A stretch of 64,000 nt of DNA from Escherichia virus TH57. This document shows, in pieces, positions 10,380 through 19,762 of this stretch. The notes beneath the pieces were generated by a model. The model worked only from the letters and a program-made list of their open reading frames with translations. It was not told the origin of the DNA and made no database searches. The stretch lies in sequence record MT446422.1. One strand, given 5' to 3'. The translations under genes were made by a program, and so were the position numbers. Numbering within the stretch: position 1 is the first letter of the stretch; each line of letters starts with the position of its first letter.

Positions 10380-10829
10380 ATGGCATACTCCGGGAAATTT
10401 AAGCCCACTAATATAGAAAAATATAAGGGCGACTGGAAGAAAATACAATACCGGTCAAGCTGGGAGGCTTGGTTGATGAGATGGCTCGACAACCATCCGA
10501 ACGTTGTTCAATGGGGCTCTGAGACTGTGATTATTCCATACTTCTGCAATGCTGAAGGTAAAAAGCGCAGATATTATATGGATTTCTGGGTTAAGTTTGA
10601 TACAGGGCAACAGTTCTTTTTTGAAGTTAAGCCATTAAAAGAAACAAGACCTCCAACCAAACCGGTTAATAATACCGCCGCGAGTAAAAAGAGATTTATT
10701 AACGAGATGTACACTTGGAGCGTTAACTCTGACAAATGGAAAGCTGCACAAGCTACCGCAGATAAAATGGGTATAACGTTCAGGATAATCACTGAAAACT
10801 CACTGAAAAAATTAGGATGGAAAGGATGA
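10380..10829 (+). CDS. 4: head completion protein gp4
   Basis: 149 aa; [18 protein letters not shown]...[19 protein letters not shown] matches T4 gp4; TATAAATA late promoter 29 bp upstream. Confidence 0.85.
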   Translation: MAYSGKFKPTNIEKYKGDWKKIQYRSSWEAWLMRWLDNHPNVVQWGSETVIIPYFCNAEGKKRRYYMDFWVKFDTGQQFFFEVKPLKETRPPTKPVNNTAASKKRFINEMYTWSVNSDKWKAAQATADKMGITFRIITENSLKKLGWKG

Positions 10830-11650
10830 GTATTTTTACATTTATCAATGAATCTGTAGATAAACCAGGGCCAAAACCCAGTAAATCCGAACAACAATGG
10901 GTTGAGATAGGGGTTGAATTTTATACAGCAAAAGAAAAAGGAATGACCTCGAAGAAGTTTGCTGAAGAGAAAGGAATCAACTATTCGACCTTTACCAAAA
11001 GCATGTCAAGATACAATTCGAGAATTCAGACTGCTTATAAAGTATCCAAACTCAAAAAGAAACCTGCTGGTAAACTTACGAAGGCAGAACGCCAGCTGAT
11101 AATGGTGAATAGTTTTAGGAAGAGCATAAGAGATAAGATTGCCAACGAAGGCGCTGCAAGCAACACCAAATCTGCCAGATGGTTCGCAGAGACAATTAAG
11201 AAATCAGTTCGCGGACACGTAACGGCTAAACCTCAACCAGGTAAACTTTATGCTTATATCTATGATGCAAAGCATAAGGATACTCTTCCATACTGGGACA
11301 AATATCCGTTAATTATTTATCTTGGTCTAGGTAAGCATAATTTGATGTACGGTTTGAACTTGCACTATATTCCACCGAAGGCACGTCAAGAGTTCCTTGA
11401 GGAACTTCTTAAGCAATATGCTAATACTCCTACGATTACAAACAAGACTCATCTGAAGATTGATTGGTCAAAGGTGAAGGGATTTAAAGGGGCTGACCAG
11501 ATGATTAAAGCATATATACCTGGCAATATAAAAGGTACTATCACTGAAATCAAGCCCAGCGACTGGGCAAACGTTGTTATGCTTCCGTTGCAACAATTTA
11601 TGTCGAAAGGCAAAAGATTCTCTTCCCAGAAAGTATGGAGAAATTCATAA
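10826..11650 (+). CDS. 2: DNA end protector protein gp2
   Basis: ORF track 10817..11650; ATGA overlap start at 10826 after GGAAAGG; size and position match T4 gp2. Confidence 0.75.
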   Translation: MSIFTFINESVDKPGPKPSKSEQQWVEIGVEFYTAKEKGMTSKKFAEEKGINYSTFTKSMSRYNSRIQTAYKVSKLKKKPAGKLTKAERQLIMVNSFRKSIRDKIANEGAASNTKSARWFAETIKKSVRGHVTAKPQPGKLYAYIYDAKHKDTLPYWDKYPLIIYLGLGKHNLMYGLNLHYIPPKARQEFLEELLKQYANTPTITNKTHLKIDWSKVKGFKGADQMIKAYIPGNIKGTITEIKPSDWANVVMLPLQQFMSKGKRFSSQKVWRNS

Positions 11651-11735
11651 TCTATTATCGGTCAGTGTTATTGGTAAGGACAAAAGGTCTAGAACCATTA
11701 TAACACTGATTGTTTTAAAGCAAACAAGGTGCACT

Positions 11736-12335
11736 ATGTCAGGTTTATATAATCAAACTAACACGACTAACTTTATATTAGAGGTAAGCGATTCAAACCT
11801 CACACAGACCTTTAAACTCAACGTTCAAGACGTTACCCTCCCTGGAGTTCACATCCCTGTGACAGATGTCCCTGGGGGAACACAAGGTATAAATCGCTCC
11901 AGTCTTCCTGGTAGTACAATAGAATTCGACCCACTGATTGTCAACTTTCTGTGTGACAAAGACCTAAGAGCGTGGCTTGACATCTATAAATGGATGCTCT
12001 CGCTCAACAACTACATCACACACGAATCAAAAGCATGGCATCCGAAGGGTCGTCCCGAAGCGGTCACGCTTCATATCTTAGATAACAACAAGGACAAAAT
12101 TGTCATGTCAATCCATTACTATGGAGCATGGCCGTCCGACCTGTCAGAGATTCAGTATTCATATAAAGAAGATTCTGACCCTGCCATCAACGCAACAGCA
12201 ACTTTCAACTTCAAGTCTTTTGCTGTAGAAATTGATGGTATAATAATAGAAGGTAGACCACAGATTGATAGCAATGCAGCAATGCAACAGGAAATCAGGT
12301 CTAAGTCAATGCATCCATCTATGAGAAACATATGA
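11736..12335 (+). CDS. 3: tail completion / sheath stabilizer gp3
   Basis: ORF track 11574..12335; internal ATG at 11736 gives MSGLYNQ...; position between gp2 and gp1 as in T4. Confidence 0.7.
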   Translation: MSGLYNQTNTTNFILEVSDSNLTQTFKLNVQDVTLPGVHIPVTDVPGGTQGINRSSLPGSTIEFDPLIVNFLCDKDLRAWLDIYKWMLSLNNYITHESKAWHPKGRPEAVTLHILDNNKDKIVMSIHYYGAWPSDLSEIQYSYKEDSDPAINATATFNFKSFAVEIDGIIIEGRPQIDSNAAMQQEIRSKSMHPSMRNI

Positions 12336-13008
12336 AATTAATTGCGATTGTGGGTAAAAAACGCAGTGGTAAAGATACGACTGCTGATTATGTTATTAGT
12401 CAAAACGGAACAAAGTGGCAGCTTGCGGGTCCGATTAAAGAAGCGCTTTATAAAGCGTGGATTCGTCAAGACCTACCACACAATTTGACCCTGGAAAATT
12501 TTGATGGACAAGGTTATGACCGTGAAAAAACCTTAATAATGAACAACACCGAAGCTTATATTCTTCTGGTTGATGCTCTTGAATGGTTGAAACAACAATA
12601 CAATCTTGACCTTCCGAATCCAGATATGGTTCGTAAAATCATTGAATTTCACACACTAAATAATGTTGAGCCCTGGACAGTTAGACGTTTCATGCAGACC
12701 CTTGGAACTGACATTGTTTGTACAGAGTTCGACAGCATGTTTTGGATTAAAACTTTTGCATGCGACTATCTTGACAACCTCTATTCTGGATATAAATATT
12801 ACGTTGTCCCAGATGTTCGCCAAAAGAACGAACTTGATTCGCTTCGGGCGATGGGTGCTACAATAATTTTTGTAGAACGCGATGAAGCAAATCATTCTAC
12901 TGATACACACATTACGGAAGCTGGACTTCCACCACTAGCTAGTGACATTGTTATTAAAAACAATGGCACACTCGAAGAACTTTTTGATAAAATTAATAAG
13001 GTAATATA

Positions 13009-13009
<1 letters not shown>
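12332..13009 (+). CDS. 1: deoxynucleoside monophosphate kinase gp1
   Basis: MKLIAIVGKKRSGKDTTADYVI P-loop N-terminus matches T4 gp1; 225 aa. Confidence 0.85.
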
Positions 13010-13693
<684 letters not shown>

Positions 13694-13694
<1 letters not shown>

Positions 13695-13733
13695 TGTACA
13701 AATGAGTGTAGGTGCAGTAATATGTTCCTACAC
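13694..13733 (+). promoter_or_regulatory. early promoter with -10 inside an inverted repeat (PeSL-like)
   Basis: -35 GTGTAC, 18 bp spacer, -10 TAATAT inside GTGTAGG...CCTACAC inverted repeat. Confidence 0.5.
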
Positions 13734-13758
13734 TAACGAATGAACAAACGGAGTTAAA

Positions 13759-14091
13759 ATGAACATCAAGACTTACAACGAGTTTTTAGCCGAATCCGCC
13801 ATCAATGAGACCAAATCAATTGATGATAGTGAAGGCTCTCTGAAATTTGGTTTAACCAAAAATGCAGATGGTGTTTTCTTTCAGATTGGTAATGAACGTT
13901 TTCAAACGTCCAAATATTCCAAAGCTGCAGTTGAAGCTGTCCTGAAATCTGGTGGCAAGTGGAAAGGCAAAGAAGGTACTAAAGAAATTGGTATCGCTGT
14001 TGACGGCGGTATGGCTTATTTTAAAATTGGCGATGAACAATTTATTATGTCTGCTCGCGGACGTAAAGAACTGGCAAAACTTTATAAATAA
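13759..14091 (+). CDS. internal protein (IP) with capsid targeting sequence
   Basis: N-terminus MNIKTYNEFLAES resembles the T4 IP capsid targeting sequence MKTYQEFIAE with an x-E prohead-protease site; PeSL-type promoter upstream. Confidence 0.6.
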   Translation: MNIKTYNEFLAESAINETKSIDDSEGSLKFGLTKNADGVFFQIGNERFQTSKYSKAAVEAVLKSGGKWKGKEGTKEIGIAVDGGMAYFKIGDEQFIMSARGRKELAKLYK

Positions 14092-14099
14092 GGTTTCTT

Positions 14100-14372
14100 A
14101 TGAAAACTTTCAATGAATTTTTCAACGAGTCCCAACTGAATGAAGAAGTAAAAATTAGTAAAGCAGTCAAAGCTATGATTGACAATATCAATCACCTGTA
14201 TAGCATTGACTTGACTGACCATATAACAATTGGTAACAAACGCAACTTTTTCGCGTTTGACATTTCAGAACTTGACCAGAACCAAATTAATAACATTGAG
14301 CGTTTTGCCAATGACAAGGGTCTCCGCCATGAGACAGCTGGTTATAAAAAATATGCAATTTATCTAAAATAG
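14100..14372 (+). CDS. internal protein (IP) with capsid targeting sequence
   Basis: N-terminus MKTFNEFFNES; TATAAATA late-promoter motif upstream at about 14083. Confidence 0.6.
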   Translation: MKTFNEFFNESQLNEEVKISKAVKAMIDNINHLYSIDLTDHITIGNKRNFFAFDISELDQNQINNIERFANDKGLRHETAGYKKYAIYLK

Positions 14373-14380
14373 GATTTCAA

Positions 14381-14680
14381 ATGCAAACTTTTCATGAATT
14401 TTTGGTAGAAAATAATTACCTGGCAGAAGCAAAAACCTGGCCTCTGGGCCTTCAGAAGAAAAACACCTACAAATGGGTTGACTTCAAAGACAAAGGCGAC
14501 GCTGAAGACTTTGACCAGCTGCGTAAAAATGGTTATACTTTCCTTGACTCAAACTATAACAAAATTACCTCATTTAGTCAGAAATCCAGCATCGCATATA
14601 TTGAAACTGGTAAAAACACCCCTAAGAACATCACTGACGACTTCGCAGCTTATGGCGTGATTCGCGGTTCAAAAATGTAA
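14381..14680 (+). CDS. internal protein (IP) with capsid targeting sequence
   Basis: N-terminus MQTFHEFLVEN. Confidence 0.55.
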   Translation: MQTFHEFLVENNYLAEAKTWPLGLQKKNTYKWVDFKDKGDAEDFDQLRKNGYTFLDSNYNKITSFSQKSSIAYIETGKNTPKNITDDFAAYGVIRGSKM

Positions 14681-14716
14681 TGTACATGATGGGATAGTTG
14701 CAGTATAATTATCTCA
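14680..14716 (+). promoter_or_regulatory. early promoter cassette (PeSL-like, type A)
   Basis: -35 GTACAT, -10 TATAAT flanked by GGGATAG / TATCTC; conserved downstream CATCAACTACTGGAG leader. Confidence 0.55.
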
Positions 14717-14735
14717 TCAACTACTGGAGCTACTA

Positions 14736-15014
14736 ATGAAAACTTATCAAGAATTTATTAACGAATCAATTAGTCACCCGGATATGCTGGAAGACCTGAA
14801 AGGACATCTGATGGTTAAGGCCAAACCGGTTGATGGTGGCGCATTTGAGTTGTTTCTTGTTAAAGGCGAAAACGGTCCTGATAACAAGAAAGTTTCAGCA
14901 ATGATGTTGACTAAAGGTTACAAAGTCAGTTCTTCCTGGAATGCTCCATTCACTTACGCGGTAAGCCCTCGTGAACTGAAAAAAGTTAAAGCTGGACAAT
15001 ATACAAAAATTTAG
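14736..15014 (+). CDS. internal protein (IP) with capsid targeting sequence
   Basis: N-terminus MKTYQEFINES; early promoter cassette upstream. Confidence 0.65.
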   Translation: MKTYQEFINESISHPDMLEDLKGHLMVKAKPVDGGAFELFLVKGENGPDNKKVSAMMLTKGYKVSSSWNAPFTYAVSPRELKKVKAGQYTKI

Positions 15015-15050
15015 TGTACGTGATGAGATAGTTGTAGTATAATTATCCCA
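15012..15050 (+). promoter_or_regulatory. early promoter cassette (PeSL-like, type A)
   Basis: -35 GTGTAC, -10 TATAAT flanked by GAGATAG / TATCCC. Confidence 0.55.
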
Positions 15051-15068
15051 TCAACTACTGGAGACAAC

Positions 15069-15302
15069 ATGAAAACTTATCAAGAATTTATTAATGAAAC
15101 TGCTGATGTTAAAGTGCAATTCATTTACACCGGCAAGAAAGATAAAATGGGCGAAATGCCTTATGGAACTCTCCGCGACGCCTTAGATAATTACGGTCAG
15201 CTCGGCGGTGAAGAGTTTGGGGACTATTTTGTTATCCAGGGTCCAGCAGAAGTTATCGAGAAATGGGCTAAACAGTATAAATCAATTTTCCGTAAAAAAT
15301 AA
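15069..15302 (+). CDS. internal protein (IP) with capsid targeting sequence
   Basis: N-terminus MKTYQEFINET; early promoter cassette upstream. Confidence 0.65.
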   Translation: MKTYQEFINETADVKVQFIYTGKKDKMGEMPYGTLRDALDNYGQLGGEEFGDYFVIQGPAEVIEKWAKQYKSIFRKK

Positions 15303-15340
15303 GTGTACTTTTAGATATGGGATAGTGTATAATTATCCCA
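15301..15340 (+). promoter_or_regulatory. early promoter cassette (PeSL-like, type A)
   Basis: -35 GTGTAC, -10 TATAAT flanked by GGGATAG / TATCCC. Confidence 0.55.
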
Positions 15341-15361
15341 TCAACTACTGAGGAGAATAAA

Positions 15362-15547
15362 ATGAAACGTTGCGAATTAATTAGAAATGTTACTGCCCTT
15401 GTTGCTGTTTCCGCTTTCGGTTTTAGCATGTTTGCTGGCTTTATGTTGAATATGCTTTCAACTTCTGAGAATACAATCTCTTTAGTAGTTGCATTTTTAA
15501 TTGGTTCAATCTCTTTCGTTATGGATAAAATCTCCAAAGGTGAGTAA
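15362..15547 (+). CDS. small hydrophobic membrane protein
   Basis: 61 aa with hydrophobic segments; promoter cassette and GAGGAG RBS upstream. Confidence 0.5.
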   Translation: MKRCELIRNVTALVAVSAFGFSMFAGFMLNMLSTSENTISLVVAFLIGSISFVMDKISKGE

Positions 15548-15548
15548 A

Positions 15549-15938
15549 ATGTATAAAGTGTATGCGGATTATCAGGCAAATCCATCTGAAAAACCAGAAT
15601 GTCAAATTGGGTGGGCACATGACACCCTGCTTGAAGCGGTAGATAATGCCCAGAAATTAGGATATAGTTACGTAGATATTGTTCAACCATCTGGAACAGT
15701 TATTACTCTTGAAGAATTCAAGAATATCAAAACAAACTTTTTGCTCTTTGCTGGTGATAGCTATTATCCTCGCGGCGGTTATGCTGACTTAATTGCAAAA
15801 GCTGCGACTGAAGATGAACTGCGTGATATCATTAAAGAAAACGAGAAGAAGCCTTGTTATGGTTCCAACCGTTTTGACTGGTGGCAGATTGTTAATGCCA
15901 ATACGCATACTATTGTTGATGAAGGAACATGCGAATGA
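15549..15938 (+). CDS. hypothetical protein
   Basis: ORF track 15501..15938; ATG at 15549 follows the upstream stop. Confidence 0.5.
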   Translation: MYKVYADYQANPSEKPECQIGWAHDTLLEAVDNAQKLGYSYVDIVQPSGTVITLEEFKNIKTNFLLFAGDSYYPRGGYADLIAKAATEDELRDIIKENEKKPCYGSNRFDWWQIVNANTHTIVDEGTCE

Positions 15939-16408
15939 ATATCAAATTTGGTCAGACCATCCCTAAAGGTTATGTGATTGAAATTGAAACCTGGGAAAAT
16001 GATGGTGACAACTATAAAACCCAGACTGTATTTGGTGTAGAAGAACAAGAAATTCAACAGTACAAATATATCCTGGAACTTTTCCATGGTTCGCATTGCA
16101 ACAACCGCAATAAATGTGGTAATTCAGAATGGGATGTGGTTAAACACTTGGTTATCGCCCACATTGAATCTGGTGTAAAATCTGGTCAGTTAACCCATGA
16201 ATTTTTAAGTAAGGTTCTGGGTGTAGAAGATTTAGATGCATTGCTAAATGGCGATGAAGAATACTACCTGAATGAAGCCCTGACCGAACTTTTAGGTATG
16301 GCTTGTGAATATGATGGTGATTTCATGCGTGTAATTTCTTATGTTAAGCTATATATAATCGAAGAAGAAATCCAAATCCCATCTGTTAAAGCGCTTGATA
16401 TGCTTTAA
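15929..16408 (+). CDS. hypothetical protein
   Basis: 159 aa ORF overlapping the upstream gene end. Confidence 0.5.
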   Translation: MRMNIKFGQTIPKGYVIEIETWENDGDNYKTQTVFGVEEQEIQQYKYILELFHGSHCNNRNKCGNSEWDVVKHLVIAHIESGVKSGQLTHEFLSKVLGVEDLDALLNGDEEYYLNEALTELLGMACEYDGDFMRVISYVKLYIIEEEIQIPSVKALDML

Positions 16409-16485
16409 TAAAAACGCGTTATTATTAATAAGTACCCTCTATTACCAAAGGTTCTTCCCTCAAAGAGCCTTTCATAATAGAATTA

Positions 16486-16560
16486 GGCCCTTTAGCTCAA
16501 TGGGAGAGCTGTCAGCTCATAACTGATAGGTAGCTGGATCGAAACCAGCAAGGGCCACCA
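16486..16560 (+). tRNA. tRNA with CAT anticodon (Met, or Ile if lysidine-modified), CCA encoded
   Basis: Manual cloverleaf: acceptor GGCCCTT/AAGGGCC, D-stem GCTC/GAGC, anticodon loop CTCATAA, T-arm GCTGG-ATCGAAA-CCAGC, 3' ACCA. Confidence 0.8.
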
Positions 16561-16564
16561 AACG

Positions 16565-16641
16565 CGGGGTGTAGCTCAATTGTATAGAGCAACGGTCTTC
16601 TAAACCGTAGGTTGTGGGTTAGAATCCCACCACCCCGACCA
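16565..16641 (+). tRNA. tRNA-Arg (anticodon TCT), CCA encoded
   Basis: Manual cloverleaf: acceptor CGGGGTG/CACCCCG, D-stem GCTC/GAGC, anticodon stem ACGGT/ACCGT with loop CTTCTAA, T-arm GTGGG-TTAGAAT-CCCAC, 3' ACCA. Confidence 0.85.
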
Positions 16642-16656
16642 ATTACCGAGGATATT

Positions 16657-16896
16657 ATGGTTATTAGTGAATCATATGCAGTTATGGATATAACCAACAA
16701 CGAGCTGGTTTATAGCTTTGATGAGTTTGATGAAAATGATAAACAAGTCCCATGGTTTGCATTAACTGCTCCACCTGAGCATAATAAATATCTAAGTTTC
16801 CCGACTCGCAGATTAGCAACAAATTTTATGGAATTCAATGACCTTGATTCCAATTATAAGGTTGTTAAAGTCAAATTAGCTATTACAATTGAATGA
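16657..16896 (+). CDS. hypothetical protein
   Basis: ORF track 16612..16896 overlaps tRNA-Arg; first ATG past the tRNA is at 16657. Confidence 0.45.
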   Translation: MVISESYAVMDITNNELVYSFDEFDENDKQVPWFALTAPPEHNKYLSFPTRRLATNFMEFNDLDSNYKVVKVKLAITIE

Positions 16897-17195
16897 GAAA
16901 CCGGGTCGCTACCGGTAAGTCGTCGGACTGATGTTCCCTGTTTAAGGACTGACATTAATAAATCTTTACGATTTGTTGATGTCCCCTTATATCACAGCTG
17001 AAACGGCGCACCGAATTATCGATTCGAGGAAATATCTTTGCCGTAAGCCGAGTAGCGTTTTTGACGGAACGTTCGGATATGGTCGAGATATGGCCTTTTA
17101 AAAATATTGAGTAGCGTCAACTGCTTAATAACCGGGTTCGAATCCCGGCGTTTCGTACAAACACTTGCCTTGCAGGTGGAACCCCGACAAGGTAT
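16897..17195 (+). ncRNA. candidate small stable RNA(s) with a tRNA-like T-arm (analogous to T4 species 1/2 RNAs)
   Basis: About 300 bp without a supported ORF right after the tRNAs; contains CCGGG-TTCGAAT-CCCGG T-arm-like hairpin near 17136-17152; followed by a terminator. Confidence 0.3.
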
Positions 17196-17225
17196 AGCCC
17201 CTCCCGAAAGGTTGGGGCTTTTTTA
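17196..17225 (+). terminator. rho-independent terminator
   Basis: AGCCCC...GGGGCT hairpin followed by TTTTTT. Confidence 0.55.
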
Positions 17226-17259
17226 TACCCCGAATAAATTTGAAATTTTCTTCAAAAAG

Positions 17260-17292
17260 TAGTGTACATCCGAATTGACCGGGTGCATAATG
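17260..17292 (+). promoter_or_regulatory. early promoter cassette (type B, CATAATGATTCCATACTGAGTTAC leader)
   Basis: -35 GTGTAC, 18 bp spacer, -10 CATAAT; same cassette recurs at about 18148, 18676 and 37240. Confidence 0.5.
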
Positions 17293-17342
17293 ATTCCATA
17301 CTGAGTTACACACTGAATCAAACAAAACTTTGGAGAAATAAA

Positions 17343-17768
17343 ATGAACTTTCTGACCCTGACCTCTGCATTCTCTGTTACCCGCATCACTAACAAAATGG
17401 TTGCTGACGAAGTATGTGAAATCTGCATTCGTGAAGATGCACTTATCCATCTGACTTCAACCCAGATTGTTGCCATCGCCAAGTCCCTTAATTCTGAACT
17501 GAAGGTAAACACCAAACAGTCAAAAGAGTCCATCATTGAATTAATCCAAGCTGAAATGATTGAATTCCCAATTGAAGAAGTTAAAGAAGAAAAAATCCAG
17601 TCCAAATCTGGTAATGCTCGTGACATTTGCTTCCAGGCATTTGCAGAAATTGATATGGCAGATGGTGCAGCTCGTCGCGCTCTGATTGATGTTCTGGTTA
17701 ACACCCATGATATCAAAAAGACTGTTGTTCAGTCCTATGCTTCTAACTTCCGCAAAGCTCAAAAATAA
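17343..17768 (+). CDS. hypothetical protein, paralog of 18222..18665 (shared C-terminal domain)
   Basis: ORF track 17262..17768; ATG at 17343 after promoter cassette and GGAG RBS; C-terminus MADGAARRALIDVLV...SYASNFRK. Confidence 0.55.
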   Translation: MNFLTLTSAFSVTRITNKMVADEVCEICIREDALIHLTSTQIVAIAKSLNSELKVNTKQSKESIIELIQAEMIEFPIEEVKEEKIQSKSGNARDICFQAFAEIDMADGAARRALIDVLVNTHDIKKTVVQSYASNFRKAQK

Positions 17769-17778
17769 TTGAGAAAAG

Positions 17779-17815
17779 TGTTTTACTTCCAGGTGGGATA
17801 GTGTATAATTATCCC
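17779..17815 (+). promoter_or_regulatory. early promoter cassette (hybrid A/B)
   Basis: -35 GTTTTAC, -10 TATAAT flanked by GGGATAG / TATCCC, followed by type-B leader ATACTGAGTTA. Confidence 0.5.
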
Positions 17816-17851
17816 ATACTGAGTTAACAAATAAAACACTGGAGAATAAAA

Positions 17852-18148
17852 ATGTTTAACGCACCTGCATGGCACGCTACCCAAGCTCAAGAAGAAAACA
17901 AAGCAATCATTTCTGCTAAAATTGAAGCTCAACTGAATGAATTGTGCGAAACTGCTTCTGAAGAAGTTGTTGCAATCATCAAACAGTATCCTGCATCCAA
18001 CTATTCCCTGGCATGCATCAAAACAGAAATGGTTAACTTGTGGCGCAAGAATAAGAAAACTTTCTTAGGTATGCAGTACCAGGCAATCGCGTCTGCGGTA
18101 GTAAACATGTATGACTTTGAAGTTTATTTCCCAACTTCTGAAAATTAA
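17852..18148 (+). CDS. hypothetical protein
   Basis: 98 aa ORF after a promoter cassette. Confidence 0.5.
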   Translation: MFNAPAWHATQAQEENKAIISAKIEAQLNELCETASEEVVAIIKQYPASNYSLACIKTEMVNLWRKNKKTFLGMQYQAIASAVVNMYDFEVYFPTSEN

Positions 18149-18221
18149 TGTGTACTTTGGAATTTAACTAAGACATAATGATTCCATACTGAGTTACCAA
18201 ATAAACAAACGGGATAATAAA

Positions 18222-18665
18222 ATGAAAACTTCAAAACTGGTTAAGTACATTAAACTGGCATTAAACAACTCTTCTGAAGCTGAAGCACAATCCGCAGCAC
18301 GTATGTTCTTCAAACGTCTGACAGCTGAAGGTATTTCATTTAACCCGGCAGTATTTGGTATCACTCGTGGCGAAGCTGCTAAACTGGCAACGCTGGCAGG
18401 TAAAATTTTTAAAGGTCTGAATGATGGACAGGTTAAACCAGAAGTTAAACCTACTCCTAAAGCTGAACCAAAAGCTGAACGTAAGGCACCTAAACGCTCC
18501 GGCATGAGCAACAAAGATTTATGCTATGATATGTTCAAAACTGTTAATATGTCTAATGGTGCTGCCCGTAGAGCTGTTATTGATATGATTGTGCGTGAGT
18601 TTGGATTCAACAAAGCATCAGTTCAGTCTTATGCTTCCAACTTCCGCAAAGAATTTGAAATTTAA
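18222..18665 (+). CDS. hypothetical protein, paralog of 17343..17768
   Basis: C-terminus MSNGAARRAVIDMIV...SYASNFRK; promoter cassette upstream. Confidence 0.55.
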   Translation: MKTSKLVKYIKLALNNSSEAEAQSAARMFFKRLTAEGISFNPAVFGITRGEAAKLATLAGKIFKGLNDGQVKPEVKPTPKAEPKAERKAPKRSGMSNKDLCYDMFKTVNMSNGAARRAVIDMIVREFGFNKASVQSYASNFRKEFEI

Positions 18666-18671
18666 TTAAAA

Positions 18672-18707
18672 AGGGGGTATACAAGCCCCCTGCTTTAAGG
18701 CATAATG
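18672..18707 (+). promoter_or_regulatory. terminator hairpin fused to a type-B early promoter
   Basis: AGGGGG-TATACAAG-CCCCCT hairpin; loop GTATAC lies 18 bp upstream of -10 CATAAT. Confidence 0.45.
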
Positions 18708-18747
18708 ATTCCATACTGAGTTACCAAATAAAACACTGGAGAATAAA

Positions 18748-19053
18748 ATGAAATTCATCATCAACCTGGCACTTGTTGACTTTGATAAAACTGGTAATTT
18801 CGCATCTGCTGAAAATATGATTCGTAACACCAAGTTCAAAGTGCAAGTCCAACAGGCGGTAGCAAAAGAGTTCTTTACTGATAAATTAACTAACATTGTT
18901 AATCACCTGAATGTACAAGTTAAATTCACTCGTGAAGCGGAAACTACTGTTGCATTTGATTTTGACTGCCAATACCATGATGAATATGTTCGCCGCATCC
19001 TGGATATTGTGTCTGATGAACTTTACTATGGTGTGCAGGAAAACAAAATCTAA
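18748..19053 (+). CDS. hypothetical protein
   Basis: 101 aa ORF after terminator and promoter cassette. Confidence 0.5.
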   Translation: MKFIINLALVDFDKTGNFASAENMIRNTKFKVQVQQAVAKEFFTDKLTNIVNHLNVQVKFTREAETTVAFDFDCQYHDEYVRRILDIVSDELYYGVQENKI

Positions 19054-19125
19054 ATTAGTGCTTTAATGGGAACATGATAGTATGTTCCCTGGATAATAAA
19101 ACATTAACCAACTGAAGGAAATACC

Positions 19126-19719
19126 ATGAATACTTTAAAGAAACTTGTTGAATTCATCCGCTCCAAACTGGGTACTGCAATGGCAAAAAACCTGTCTATT
19201 GAAGACCAATATACTCAAGCGGCGTCTACCCTAATTGACAAGATTACTGAGCTCCAGACTGCCCACGTTAAGTCTGTTAATGAAGAAAAACGCATCCGCG
19301 AGTTAGCGAATGAAAAAGACCAACTCGCCGCTTCAAAAGAGCGTGAAATCCGCAAACTGATTGCTGATGGTGCAGATGTCCAGGTCCATGCTAAACTGGG
19401 TCTCCTGTATCGCCGCACTGCTAAACAACTTCGTAAGAAGGCAGATGATTATGTTGAAATGCGTAATGAAATTAAATTGAAAGTTAAAGAGCTAGATGAC
19501 TCTCGTCAGGAACTAGCTGTTAAACTGGAATACATCCGCGAAACCCGTAAAGTATCTGCCCTAGGTATTGCGACTGCAGATGATGTTGTTGAAATTGCTG
19601 CATTGACTAAGATTGATATTGAAGACACTCTGATGCGTGTTGAAACCTTCAAAGGCCCACAGGTTGGTGTGGATACCACGTCCGCTGACATTGAAGAATA
19701 CATCAATTCACTTAAGTAA
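19126..19719 (+). CDS. coiled-coil protein (weak resemblance to PspA/IM30-type helical proteins)
   Basis: 197 aa, charged and helical-looking; hairpin-embedded promoter upstream. Confidence 0.5.
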   Translation: MNTLKKLVEFIRSKLGTAMAKNLSIEDQYTQAASTLIDKITELQTAHVKSVNEEKRIRELANEKDQLAASKEREIRKLIADGADVQVHAKLGLLYRRTAKQLRKKADDYVEMRNEIKLKVKELDDSRQELAVKLEYIRETRKVSALGIATADDVVEIAALTKIDIEDTLMRVETFKGPQVGVDTTSADIEEYINSLK

Positions 19720-19762
19720 GATAAAAGGGGGCTTTGCCCCCTAATTGGGAGAGGAGAAAATT

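Noticed and set aside
16897-17225. A third canonical tRNA gene after tRNA-Arg
   Set aside because: A T-arm-like hairpin exists, but any acceptor pairing gives a molecule of about 100 nt or more with no convincing D- or anticodon arms. Kept only as a candidate stable RNA.
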